Shown: positions 40,501 to 52,300 of the stretch, in pieces
How positions within the stretch are numbered: position 1 is the first letter of the stretch
Layout: each line of letters opens with the position of its first letter
NCBI GenBank assembly: GCA_002633005.1
Contig: NMRA01000071.1
Coordinates: 555,628 to 619,627 of the forward strand
Length of the DNA: 64,000 nucleotides
Reading direction: 5' to 3'
Source of the DNA: Phoronis australis
Lineage: Eukaryota; Animalia; Phoronida
Program-made: the position numbers and the translations under genes
The notes under the pieces: generated by a model
Database searches by the model: none
Told to the model about the DNA's origin: nothing
What the model saw: only the letters and a program-made list of their open reading frames with translations

Positions 40501-42474
40501 ACAAGGTAGCCAAGCCAAGTGCAGGGGGGACGACATTCGAAAAATTATACTGTCTAAAAATAATCCTGATAATTCTGTGTGCTCGAGTGCGGCGTTATGA
40601 TTAACGCGCGTTTTTATTCGAAGTTAGTACTTGATGACCACGGAATTCGAGCTGCACATTCTATTTCTAGTTCAGACTCTAAATTATAACATTAATCCTG
40701 GGGTCGTCAATTGCAAACTTGGGTGAGAAGATCACCAATGTGCTCGAGCACACACTGATAGACACACAGGACAGTTGGCGCAAAAGTACAGCGGAAAAGG
40801 CAGAAAGAGCTTTCCGTTTTCAACATCCAGTATAAAGTTCAGCCAAGGTTTGATACACATTTATAAATTTTGAAATATGTTTTGTTCAGCGCACAAACCT
40901 ACAGTGCCTTGGTCAAAAATTGTAAACATCAAACCTACTCGCTGTGCCTTGATAGAGAGAACGTAGTGGAAGTAAACTCTCTCCATTGTTTTGTATAATC
41001 ATTTGTGTTACTTTCTACACCCATGCACTTGTGGCACCGGGGATTACGTTTACTTAACGTCATCAGCCAGAGTCTGACTGCAGCGAAGACAGCCTGGAAT
41101 ATCGGTCAAGGAGTGACGACTCCCTGGAGGAGCCGCTGTGTGCACTGCACCGCCGACTTGAAGAGGACGTGGAGGTGCTGACTCCTCATGGACTACAGGC
41201 ACACTACGAGGTGAGTCCGTGAGTTGGCTGGTTGTGCAGTAAAATAAAACTAGTTGAATATTAATGATTTTTGCTAACAGTAACTGTAGGGGATTGAAAC
41301 AACGGTTTTTCCTCCATATTCTACTTATTTCTCTGTACACAGAGAGTTGGTCTTGAATATAAAGCTGCAATAACTTTAGTATATGTGCAAAACTGACACA
41401 TTAAAAAAAAATACTTGAAAGTAATCTGTTAATACTCGGTAATTTCTGAGTGATGTCATCAGTGATGTCGTCAGTGATGTCGTCAGTGATGTCGTCAGTG
41501 ATGTCGTCAGTGATGTCGTCAGTGATGTCGTCAGTGATGTCGTCAGTGATGTCGTCAGTGATGTCATCAGTGATGTACTGATGTGGATAGAGTTGAGTGC
41601 CCACGTGAGTTTCAATTGCACTATACCTTCACATAAACTTTACCTTGCCGGGGCAAGCTGTCTTTATGACGTTGTTTCGTTGCCAAAATACTGTCAAATA
41701 TCAGAGGTTATCTTTACAGAAATGTGACGACCTCGTGCCTGTTGATCCTGATACACCTGGAAGTGGAGACGAAGGACAAGGTAATATTGAGTAGTTCGGC
41801 TTTTCATGAATGTGATGCATCGAGTTTGGAAACTAACCTACATTTCATAAATGAAAGTATAAAGTCTTGATAAAAGTACGGTGTTTCGTTTTTGCTTACC
41901 GTTTATTGATAAAAATATTACTACATAAGTATTGTGAGACAAGTAAGTGTGACCTTATTCAGACAGTCGCCACTCTTAAAAATGAGCTTCTTTTTAGGTT
42001 TAAAAAAACAACGCATTCGAGACGAGTGGCGGAGTTAGAGGAGGGGGGGGGNNNNNNNCCTAAAATTCTCCCAGATTCTGTTAGGCAGTTCGGAGGTGCG
42101 AATGTCTGACGGACGAAATCCTGGCTAATATTCTTCCCTGCCCCCCCAACTCAAAATCCTAGATCCGCCCCTGGAGACATACATATTAACGAGTGATGCG
42201 AAAAATATCACTCTTTGCACTGTGATTAAGAGCGGAGTGCATAATTTTTAAAACCTAAAAGGAGGCTCTTTGTAACATAGCGACAGCGTGAATGAGGTGT
42301 ACATGTACTCCGACCATTTCATTTTTAGTTCACTCCACCCAGCAAGAAGATCAAGAAGTCTTAAACCCTGACACGACCAAATCGGATGATCTCGATGTCG
42401 TAGACGATGGATCAACCGAAGACAAACACTCTCGCACTAATTCGGACAACAACCATTCACCTCGTATCGACTAG
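34521..42474 (+). CDS. Uncharacterised 8-exon protein (383 aa): hydrophobic segment, basic region/NLS, long acidic C-terminus
   Basis: Exons 34521-34664, 36371-36556, 36752-36829, 37043-37271, 40093-40256, 41067-41210, 41720-41780 and 42329-42474. All introns are GT-AG; phases 0,0,0,1,0,0,1 are mutually compatible; 1152 nt with no internal stop. An acceptor (tttacagcag) just before the ATG implies an upstream non-coding exon. Confidence 0.75.
37590..39370. repeat. Diverged tandem-module repeat (Helentron/HINE-like) with GCCACCTAGTGGC motifs
   Basis: Starts with a (CCATATGT)n microsatellite, then recurrent modules of CC(A/C)CTAGTGGC + TTTACGTTTGCCTCTGTATCT + GATGGATTT..GAAATT. Related sequence at about 35520-35890 and 46650-46730. 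Confidence 0.55.
41449..41584. repeat. 12-bp minisatellite, ~11 copies (intronic)
   Basis: Unit AGTGATGTCGTC. Confidence 0.95.
42024..42173. mobile_element. MITE family B short copy
   Basis: GAGTGGCGGA...CTAGATCCGCCCCTG, TSD GAGAC; a sister copy lies at 47000-47149. Confidence 0.7.
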
Positions 42475-43147
42475 GTTGCTATAGTGACAGTTAATTGCAC
42501 GTTTGCCGTAACATCGATGAACCTACACCATGAGCATTCACGTCATTTATAGATCTAATAGCATGGTCACGTGACACCCCTTGTTTAACAAATTGTCATA
42601 CTTTCCATGTTAACAAAAATACAGAATTTCAGTTGTGTATGTATGATTCTGTCTGAAACACGCTGATGAAAGCCGGAACATTCTCCTTTATACAGGCACG
42701 GTCTCACGTGCTCTGTAAAATGAAGCACTGAAAGAGAGCGCAGGGAATAGATGTTGTTGACATTCTTTGCAACTGGGGCCCGTTTCATGAAAAGTGTTTA
42801 TATTTCACAATATGTGCAAAGTAAGTGGCACTGCAGTGTCCTCAGGAGTCTTTGCCGCTTCGCCGGTTCTCGAATGGAAGGCAGGCGATTTTCGATTTGA
42901 AATTATTTAGCGACTTTAGATTGTGAAAATATCAACGGAAGTTGTTTCTCAACAGTTTAGAGTGACGAGAGCCGAAAAACTTGCCTCTCGTTCAGTAATG
43001 CTAGGACCTCGCCAAAAAGCAAGAGTTTGCGAGATTACGAGAGATGTTGCAGTGTAATTTAGTGGTACCACGTGACGTTGCATAGATTTCAGCTAGGTCC
43101 TGCACGCCTGGTCATTTAGACAAAAAGTCTAATGTTTACTCCATAGG

Positions 43148-43290
43148 CATGGGCGGTGCACCATAGGGGGCGGGGGGCTATAGCCTCTCACTTTTTTCAC
43201 TGCTACGCTGCACATGGTCTATAGGTGATGCACCACAGGGGGGCCGAGGAGGCTTTAGCCCCCACATTTTTCGGCGCTGCGCCGCCCATG
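43148..43290. mobile_element. MITE family A copy
   Basis: CATGGGCGGTGCACCATAGGGG...GCTGCGCCGCCCATG. Confidence 0.7.
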
Positions 43291-44654
43291 ACACGGGAGC
43301 CTGGCTTTCGGTCTTAGTTTTACTTACACACTGATTTCGGTCACCACTTGGATCTTTAGAATTCATCATGAAAGGGAGCTAAAGCATTTTGATCTTAAGT
43401 GAACAGAAACCGCTTCATGTGAAACGGGCTGTTGAATTTCTCCTTATACATGTACATACAGGTGCACACGTGTGGCTGCAAAACTCTTGTCTGGGCGTTT
43501 GGCATTCGTTGGTGTATCTTCGAAGACCCTTAATTTGCAGGAACTTTATGACATTAGCCATGTATTCCATTAAATATGACGATGGACAATGGCTACTATA
43601 TGACGATGGACAATGACTACTTTTGGACGGATCGAATAACCGCTCACTACCTAAAAGCAATTTCAGTTTTTAAGTTGACCTCTGTGTCTATCAAGGTCAT
43701 TTATGGAACATGGCGAATATGCTTTGACGTGACGACGATATTTTTTCCGATGTCGGACCCGTCGCAGTGGCTATTTTTTTTACTATTTTGGAGTCTGTTT
43801 TTGCGTCGGTCTATCTATCCGCCAAACCACTCTGAGGATCGTTATCGGAAATTTGTAAGGTATGCTCTTATTTCGAATAATTTACCAGACTTAATTTTTA
43901 GGCGACCCGACAACATCGTCACACTGTAATGACGTTATTTTTGTCTCGATATCTAGATAGCTCCTCTTCATAGAATTTTGCGACGTTGATCTTTGCACGG
44001 ATCAAAGTATCGTCATCTTGGTGCACTTTCAGGAAATTTGTTCCTGCTGAGGAGAGCGTAACCGTCATTAATTTTCGGATAATTCTGTTATCGCGCCTCC
44101 AAGAGGCAATTGTAGTTTGCTCTTTCCGCATTTACATCATTATCTACCCAGTTCTTTGAAGTAACGTTATGAAATATGACGTGAGTGCAATGAGAAAAGC
44201 GCGACGGGTGTCTAATTTGAGACGGATCTTGACTACTGGGGTGCGCCCAAGTGACAGCTTGTCATTTCCTTGCATTTAATACTTATTTCTAGTTCTTCGA
44301 TTGCATCTTCATAAAGTTGACTTATCTGTTCCTAATAAAGAGATTGCTGATTTTTGAATGGTTCCAGCTACCGTTGAATTATTAGAACAAATGAGCACAC
44401 GGTGAGATATCAACTCTCTGTGCTGCTCTTTTGTGTAGGTTGTATAGAATGACCTGCAGTCTCGCAGTATATACAAATTAAGAAAATGACATAAACATGG
44501 CATAACAAGAAATAGTGTGCGAAAAGTTCTAACATTAGTTTTGAGTTCTGTGAAATAAAAATGAAACACCACAATTAAATACATATTAATTAGGCCAGAT
44601 TTACGTAATGTCAGTTGTAAATTAAAGCACTTTTGAAAATGTGTAGCTTGCTCC

Positions 44655-44911
44655 ACGCCTGCTCAGTCTGTGCTCCAGGCCTGCTCAGTCTGTGCTCCAG
44701 CCTGCTCAGTCTGTGCTCCAGGCCTTCTCAGTCTGTGGTCCAGGCCTGCTCAGTCTGTGCTCCAGGCCTGCTCAGTCTGTGCTCCAGGCCTGCTCAGTCT
44801 GTGCTCCAGGCCTGCTCAGTCTGCGCCCCAGGCCTGCTCAGACTGTGCTCCAGGCCTGCTCAGTCTTTGCCCCAGGCCTGCTCAGTCTGTCCTCCAGGCC
44901 TGCTCAGTCTG
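44655..44911. repeat. 22-bp GC-rich minisatellite, ~12 copies
   Basis: Unit CCAGGCCTGCTCAGTCTGTGCT. Confidence 0.95.
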
Positions 44912-45510
44912 AATCCTTCTCAACTCTGCGGATGAAACCATTTTTATTATCGCCCACGTATTCATGGGCCGGTGGACAGATTGCCGCCATCTCTATCTGG
45001 GCCAGTCCTGCATCCGCTGCAGTATCTCCTAAATCCCTTGCTGATTTGTGAGATGCGTTTCTTTGAAGCTGGCAACATCTGACTACAACAGTCTAGCTTA
45101 TCCTCGCTGGTCCCCACCTACGTGCCTTGCCAGCAGGCAGGTATCACGCAGTGGCACGCGCTTTAGCCGCTTGGTTAGCTTTACAACACCGTGAAATAAT
45201 GGCGGGCTGTGAATGATTTTTAGCCTTGTAATGTAAGTGGCGTCGCAGCAGCTATTTCGTTTCTGCAGTGATATTTAATAGCCGCGTGCTTGAAGCACGT
45301 ACCTGTAGGCCTACAATAAACAAACATCTGGCTGATTTAACGGTGTGTTATTCATGCAGTGTGAATACAGGGCAGTATCGTAAACAAAAGTCATCGACAA
45401 TAGAAAGATGCACTCCGAAAAGGCGCAACCCCGGCCCGGGATTCACATTTCCTGAACATATAAACACCGATTTGTCTGCCCAACACTGAGACCACATTAA
45501 CACTTCAGTC

Positions 45511-46400
45511 CAGTGGCGGATCTAGGATATCACAAGGGGGGGGCCCAACATTTGTCCGGTTGGAAGCATTTGCGCAAACTGAACCACGAATGTNNNNNNN
45601 NNNNNNNNNNNNNNNNNNNNNNNNNNNNNNNNNNNNNNNNNNNNNNNNNNNNNNNNNNNNNNNNNNNNNNNNNNNNNNNNNNNNNNNNNNNNNNNNNNNN
45701 NNNNNNNNNNNNNNNNNNNNNNNNNNNNNNNNNNNNNNNNNNNNNNNNNNNNNNNNNNNNNNNNNNNNNNNNNNNNNNNNNNNNNNNNNNNNNNNNNNNN
45801 NNNNNNNNNNNNNNNNNNNNNNNNNNNNNNNNNNNNNNNNNNNNNNNNNNNNNNNNNNNNNNNNNNNNNNNNNNNNNNNNNNNNNNNNNNNNNNNNNNNN
45901 NNNNNNNNNNNNNNNNNNNNNNNNNNNNNNNNNNNNNNNNNNNNNNNNNNNNNNNNNNNNNNNNNNNNNNNNNNNNNNNNNNNNNNNNNNNNNNNNNNNN
46001 NNNNNNNNNNNNNNNNNNNNNNNNNNNNNNNNNNNNNNNNNNNNNNNNNNNNNNNNNNNNNNNNNNNNNNNNNNNNNNNNNNNNNNNNNNNNNNNNNNNN
46101 NNNNNNNNNNNNNNNNNNNNNNNNNNNNNNNNNNNNNNNNNNNNNNNNNNNNNNNNNNNNNNNNNNNNNNNNNNNNNNNNNNNNNNNNNNNNNNNNTGTT
46201 CCGAATTTGACACTTGAAATTGGATTTGAGCCCCCCCCTCCCCCCAACACTAAAACTGCACACATTTAAATCTTTTTTCATCCGTATAATTTTAATTACC
46301 GGGGTTAATTAATAAACTACGCTCTTACTGTTTTATTTTTTTTGCCGCAGCCAAGGGAGGGGGGGCCGGGCCTCCTGGGCCCCCCCTAAATCCGCCTATG
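45511..46400. mobile_element. MITE family B long copy spanning an assembly gap
   Basis: CAGTGGCGGATCTAG...CTAAATCCGCCTATG with TSD CAGTC on both sides. Confidence 0.7.
45594..46196. other. Assembly gap (N run)
   Basis: About 600 Ns; a second 7-N gap lies at 42052-42058. Confidence 1.
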
Positions 46401-46999
46401 CAGTCCATCAGTCACTATGCCAGTTTGTTTGCGTAAAGCGCTGCCTGTTGAGAATTCCACTAGCCAATCAGAAACGCCGGTGTAAAAAAAATTACCGAGG
46501 AAAATTAATTGATAGGGCCCACCTTCGTGCTGGCACGGCTACCGCCCCACCTAGGGGCACGCAGGGAACCAGTAAGTGCGTGCTGGCGCTACTATCGCCC
46601 CATCTAGCGGCATGCAGGGAACCAGCTAGAAGCTTATCCAGCTACCGATGTGTCCCCTGGTGGCAATTTTAGTTTTTGCGTTTGCCTCTGTGTCTTCGGA
46701 GTTCTTCATTACTTGGATGTTCATGAAATCTGGCAGACTAGTGCTAAAACAACTTCTCAAATGACACATAAACAAAAGAGCAATAAGCCACACCAAGTTA
46801 AGTACTTTTGTGACAATCCTCTACCTGTTTTTATTTATACCATTTAAAGGCAGATCTCGGAAAGAAGACCAAATAGTAGGATCGATTGTGCCTGTTTTTA
46901 TGAAATCTTCATTATTTTACGTGAAGGAAGGTCGCCTCTTGGAGGGTGACACGAGGAACGAATGAACTGTCACTCTTTTTCTGTCTTATTAAATGATGC

Positions 47000-47149
47000 C
47001 AGTGTCGGATTTAGAGGGGTGAATGCCCCCCTAAAAGTCTCCCAGATTCCATTTGGCAGTTCGAAGGTGCGAATGTGTCGGACTGAGAAAAATCCTGGCT
47101 AATACTCTGCTCTGGCCCACCCAAACTCAAAATCCTGGATCCGCCCCTG
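47000..47149. mobile_element. MITE family B short copy
   Basis: CAGTGTCGGATTTAG...CTGGATCCGCCCCTG, flanks GATGC/TATGC; internal sequence similar to 42024-42173. Confidence 0.65.
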
Positions 47150-48940
47150 TATGCTGCCTTTCACAACCGGCAAAGAGCCACATTTGTGACAGGGTACACT
47201 CTGGAGGTCGGCGCGAGGCACTTGACCATTTGTCCCCTACCAGTCGCGAAGAGAAGTAAAATTGATCGAAAAAACGAAGGCGTTCATGATAGACACGGCC
47301 GAAGCAAAACACGCGGCTTAAATAACCACACGTTGAAAGTCTGATGACCTAGATGACCACCATTGTTTTTGAATTTCACGAATACAATTTTCTCGTTGAT
47401 TTTATTACTAAAAAGTTTTGATAGCTGCAAAAAGAAGTCCAAGATAATTTCTTTGGAAAGTATTATTGATGAAGAGGGAGTTTGCAAATCTTCGTCCTCA
47501 ACTCCAAGTTTTTTTTAACATAGTCCGTACTCTTTGGCGACCTCAATATATTGTCTATTAACATGTTCGAGTAAATCATACGATAATGCCATAAGTTCGA
47601 GCCCGAACAAAATTTTGAACAGAATTAAATGAATTTACATGTATCTATTACAAAATTTTTCTGAATCTGCAAAAATCTGCGAGGCGACCCCCCCGACTTC
47701 CTAGCTGTAAAACCATGTGACCGCCGCTGTACTCGCAAGCCGCCCGTTGTCCGATACACTATATCCTACAGTTCAGGCATGGTGTATGTCCGATACACTC
47801 TACCCTACATGCGCACCCAGCCTAAAATAGAGGTTGGCTCGAATTTTTCGGTATGCGGACCTTTTACTGAAAAAATCGACGAGGACTAAAAACTATAAAA
47901 CGGGGCCACTAGGTTCAAACCTACGAATTGTGCATCCGCGCAGAATTCCTGTGACTTTGTGGACTTTTGTCTCGTTAGCTCGGACTTTTTGTTTCATTGA
48001 GGCGGACCTTTTGGCCCAATTCGCCAAATTGGGGGCTTGTTCGATCCCCCTGGGTGCGCCCATATCCTACAGTTCAGACATGGCGCACAACAAACATGGT
48101 GCTCTACCCCTAGGTTACAGCTACGCAGATTTGGCCATTCAGGAAAGTCAGTTCCGACTGGCCGAGAGCATTCGAAATATTTGAAAGACTCAGCAACGAA
48201 TTCCACTAGTCAAAGAGAACTTAAAACATACAAAAATATTAAGTTTAGGCACAAACTCAGTAAAAAGTAAGCATGAATGTCAAGCTATTTCTGAAAGGAA
48301 TGCAAACCTACGGTGATTTCTCTAACACTCCTTTCACTAATGTGACGTCACGTTGTACTATAGTTCGGTCCAGCCCAGCAAGTTCGGCGGCATTTCCCGC
48401 GTGCCAGTGCGGAAACACCGGCTATTCATCTCGGTCCTAAATTTCGTTCTCAACTGCTTATTCTGGAGAGGTTGCTCCGCCAACGAGCTTCGGCGCTTTT
48501 TCTCACATACGCACACCCAATTATCCCTCGGTATTTTTTCACGCCGATTAAAATCAACACATGCCACCACAACTTGCGCGGAAGGCCACCAGTCACGGCG
48601 CGCAGCCGAATAAGTTCATGTGATCGTGCTAAAAACGTCCTAAGTCCAAAAAGTCTCTGTCACGAGGTACGATTTTGCTTGATTTTTCCATAAATTCAAA
48701 AACGTCTTGTTTTCAGAATAAAAAACTATCCAAACAACTTGGCCCAATCGGTTCACAATATAAGCGAACTATTAGCGGTGATGTACATAATGAGTCTGGA
48801 TATTATGGTGAGACGATTTCTTAGTAACCGTTGCTAAGAAACTGTTCGAATTTTGACAAATCGAAAAAAATCAATGTTCTAAGTTTCATGTTTTTATGAC
48901 CATCTGAGTATTTTCGCCTTATTTCTTCTCTCTCTCCGAA

Positions 48941-49337
48941 TGCTGTACGTGCACTTGGAATCCTGCTTAATCTCAAGATTAAGCGAAAGTGAGTGTTGCG
49001 TGAACTTGGAATACGCGACGTAACTTGGACAAGTTCACTCAAATAATCACGTTCATGTTCTTAAAATTTTACACTACACTAAATCAAGTTACATTTGAAT
49101 AAAATAATGTCAACTTTAACCAATCTTTTCAACTACATGCGATCAGTTTCACCAAACAATAGCCATTCACATATTCCTCCAGTTCAGCGACACAAGTTAC
49201 GGTTAAGGAGAAATGGTTGATCGCGACGCCAATAATTACAAAAATTCTTTTCACCGAACAAAAATTTCTCTCTTCAATTCCAAGTTCCCGCATACGAGAT
49301 CTTGAGATTAAGCAGGATTCCAAGTTCACGCACAGCA
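48941..49337. mobile_element. MITE with ~39-bp TIRs and 4-bp TSD directly upstream of NGLY1
   Basis: TGCTGTACGTGCACTTGGAATCCTGCTTAATCTCAAGAT / ATCTTGAGATTAAGCAGGATTCCAAGTTCACGCACAGCA, with CGAA on both flanks. Confidence 0.75.
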
Positions 49338-49348
49338 CGAACACCTTG

Positions 49349-49356
49349 TGACGTCA
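49349..49356. promoter_or_regulatory. CRE/ATF palindrome TGACGTCA just upstream of the NGLY1 ATG
   Basis: Perfect TGACGTCA ending 37 nt before the ATG at 49393; function untested. Confidence 0.35.
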
Positions 49357-49392
49357 TGACCAACCACCTGAGGGCGCTACGTTTCAGACAAA

Positions 49393-52300
49393 ATGGACCC
49401 GTTGAGTGGTGTGGCAGTGCTCAAACAAAATTCCCGCGATGTATTTCTGGAAACTGCCAGAATACTTCTAAAATTCGCAAATAACATTCTCAACGATCCA
49501 AGTAATCCAAGGTACAGGAAAATTCGGATATCAAACCCTACAGTTATGGAGAAACTATTGCCTGTTGACGGCGCAATGGATTGCTTATTTGCCATGGGAT
49601 TTGAAGAAGATGAGGTATTGTCCGATTCACTCCTGTTTGTTTTATTCCTAGTTAGACTCTTCGTCTCGCTCTATTCTGTCTTAGGTGTTGGTATTAGCCA
49701 GTGTTTGATTGTTAAGATATAATATACAGTACAGAGGAGAGCTGCTTGTTGGCTCACAAGACGGTTCAATTGACAATTGTCTATCCTCTGTTGAGTGTTG
49801 AGTCAATGTTACCTTAAGTCAAGTGGCTCATCCTCAGCCACAGACACATAGTCTGTACAATGATAAATGTTTTACATGTATGATGAGAAGTCGGTGATCA
49901 TCAACTCTGATGTTGACCCTGTCATAATGAAACCAAGTTACCGTTTTTAGTTATTTCTATCTAAAATGCCTGCAAACCCGTACTTTTGGCATTTCAGGCT
50001 GTAACTCTTTACAAATGTTAAAGAAAACCAATGTCGATGTAATAACACCACTGTTGAGAATGTAGTTCTAGTCATTGCCTTTCTGTTTCATTATCTTGAA
50101 TACAAATGGCCTGCTGTATCAGTGTGTATAGTCATTATATGAGTTAACTGAGGGCAAAGGGAATCTCATTGGTAACTAGTGCAAGCAAGAAGTTCTCCTC
50201 ATGTGTGTTCGTAAAGAATTATCAAAGAGGCTAAAATTTACGATATACGACGAGCTTCCGAGTTGTAGGTAAATTTCCACTCAAAAGTCATACAGCTCGG
50301 CTATGATACGTTCTATCACTGTCTGGGCTTAACAATTAGCTGTTGAGATAGTCTCCTAAATGTATTCAACCAGGAAAGTCATGAAAAACAAACTGTCAAC
50401 GATCTTATACTTTCACTTTCAGAATGGTGACTTTCTTCACTTCCCTCAGGGAGCCTCAATTGTCCAGTTAAACAAAATTCGTGATGAAATCGACAGAGAA
50501 CACTCTAGTGCTAGCAAAGACACAGACGGGTCACAGGTCAAGGATACACCAGCATCGCTGCCTCCAGAGGGGGCTGCAAACAGGATAGAGTATCCAGCCC
50601 ATGTAGCTAGTCCAGCAGCGGGTGGGCCAATAGTTTATCCTCCTCACACACCTCTGCCGCCAACAGCTCCCCCTGTTGTCAACCCTATACAGTTATTTGT
50701 AAGTCGCTGTATTTCGAGAGCAATTTTTCTGATTTGCAAAATTGGTTGAATACAAATCGACAGTCTGGTTGTAGAACCAGGCTGTCTATAGATAACAACT
50801 TTATTCGCTATTCTATGCAACGGCACCAGCTATGAACAGTCATTCAACTAAACACAAATACATGCACAGCAGGGGAACAGCATCTTAAACCCAGATCCAA
50901 CGTATGCTGCATTAGGCTTTAAGCACTTCATCAAGAGAACATGACTGCAGACTTCTGAGTAGTAATTCTATGCTTACGTTTGTCAGGTCTTCAAGGGTGA
51001 AAATCATTAACAGTTCAGTTTTGTCAACAGTCCATCAGTGTTGTAACTAGTGATACATGACAGTACTAGTAATCTTGATTGGTGTTTTATATGACCTTTC
51101 GACCTTTCTCCCACAGGCACAGGAAGTGAATTTCCATCAGAGAATATATTCTGAGTTCCAGCGTGTTCTCATCTATGAAGATCCCCGGCTGCAACAGAGG
51201 GCACTGCAGTGCATTCCCATGGAGGAGTTGAAAAAGTCAGCGGAGGAATGCCTGCGACACATCAATGAGGCGAGCTGTGGGGAGGATTGTGAAGGGGCCA
51301 TCGATGTGCACGACTGCTTCATTATAGAACTGGCCAGGTGGTTCAGAACACAGTTTTTCTCATGGGTTGACCAACCAAAGTGTCAACGCTGTAATGGCCC
51401 AACACGGGGAGTTGGTAGTGTAGAGCCGACGGCCGAGGACAAGCGTTGGGGGGCTGGCCGTGTGGAGAACTACTTGTGCGACAGCTGTGGTATTCATACA
51501 CGCTTCCCGAGATACAACCACCCAGGGAAGTTATTGGAGACGCGTCGAGGTCGTTGTGGGGAATGGGCCAACTGTTTTACCCTGCTTTGTCGGGCGTGTG
51601 GCTATGAGGCAAGACATGTGATTGACTGGACTGATCACGTGTGGACTGAGGTCTACTCTTTATCTCAACAAAGATGGGTTCATTCTGACACTGGGGAGGG
51701 AGGCTATGATAAACCTCTTCTGTATGAAGCAGGTCAGTTTACTTTGATTGGCACAGAATTTCTGATATCTGGATTTTCTTGTAATGTAGAAGTCCAAAGA
51801 AAGCAGACGCAAAATGACTCGTTATGAGCATGAGCAACAGTCCCTACTATGACAGTTGGCAGTCCCCACTATGACAGTTGACAGTCCCTACTATGACAGT
51901 TGGCAGTCCCCACTATGACAGTTGACAGTCCCTACTATGACAGTTGACAGTCCCCACTATGACAGTTGACAGTCCCTACTATGACAGTTCACAGTCCCCA
52001 CTATGACAGTCGACAGTCCCCACTATGACAGTCCCTACTATGACAGTTGACAGTCCTCACTATGACAGTCCTCACTATGGTAAGCTTACTAGTTATTTGA
52101 TAGTCAGAGTAGCCATCCTTCGTGTTGGAGAATTATGGGTAACTTAGGGGAAAGCTAAAAGTGAAATATTCCTATAGTTCGAATCAATCCTTAACAAACC
52201 TTGTGATATATATAACTGTTGCACTTTGCTACAAAAGCAGGTGATTGATACCGTGTAATTAGGTTGCTGGTAGACATGGGTACCGGGATTATCTGTAGAT

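Noticed and set aside
45505-46281. ORFs of 216-258 aa
   Set aside because: Artefacts of the N gap.
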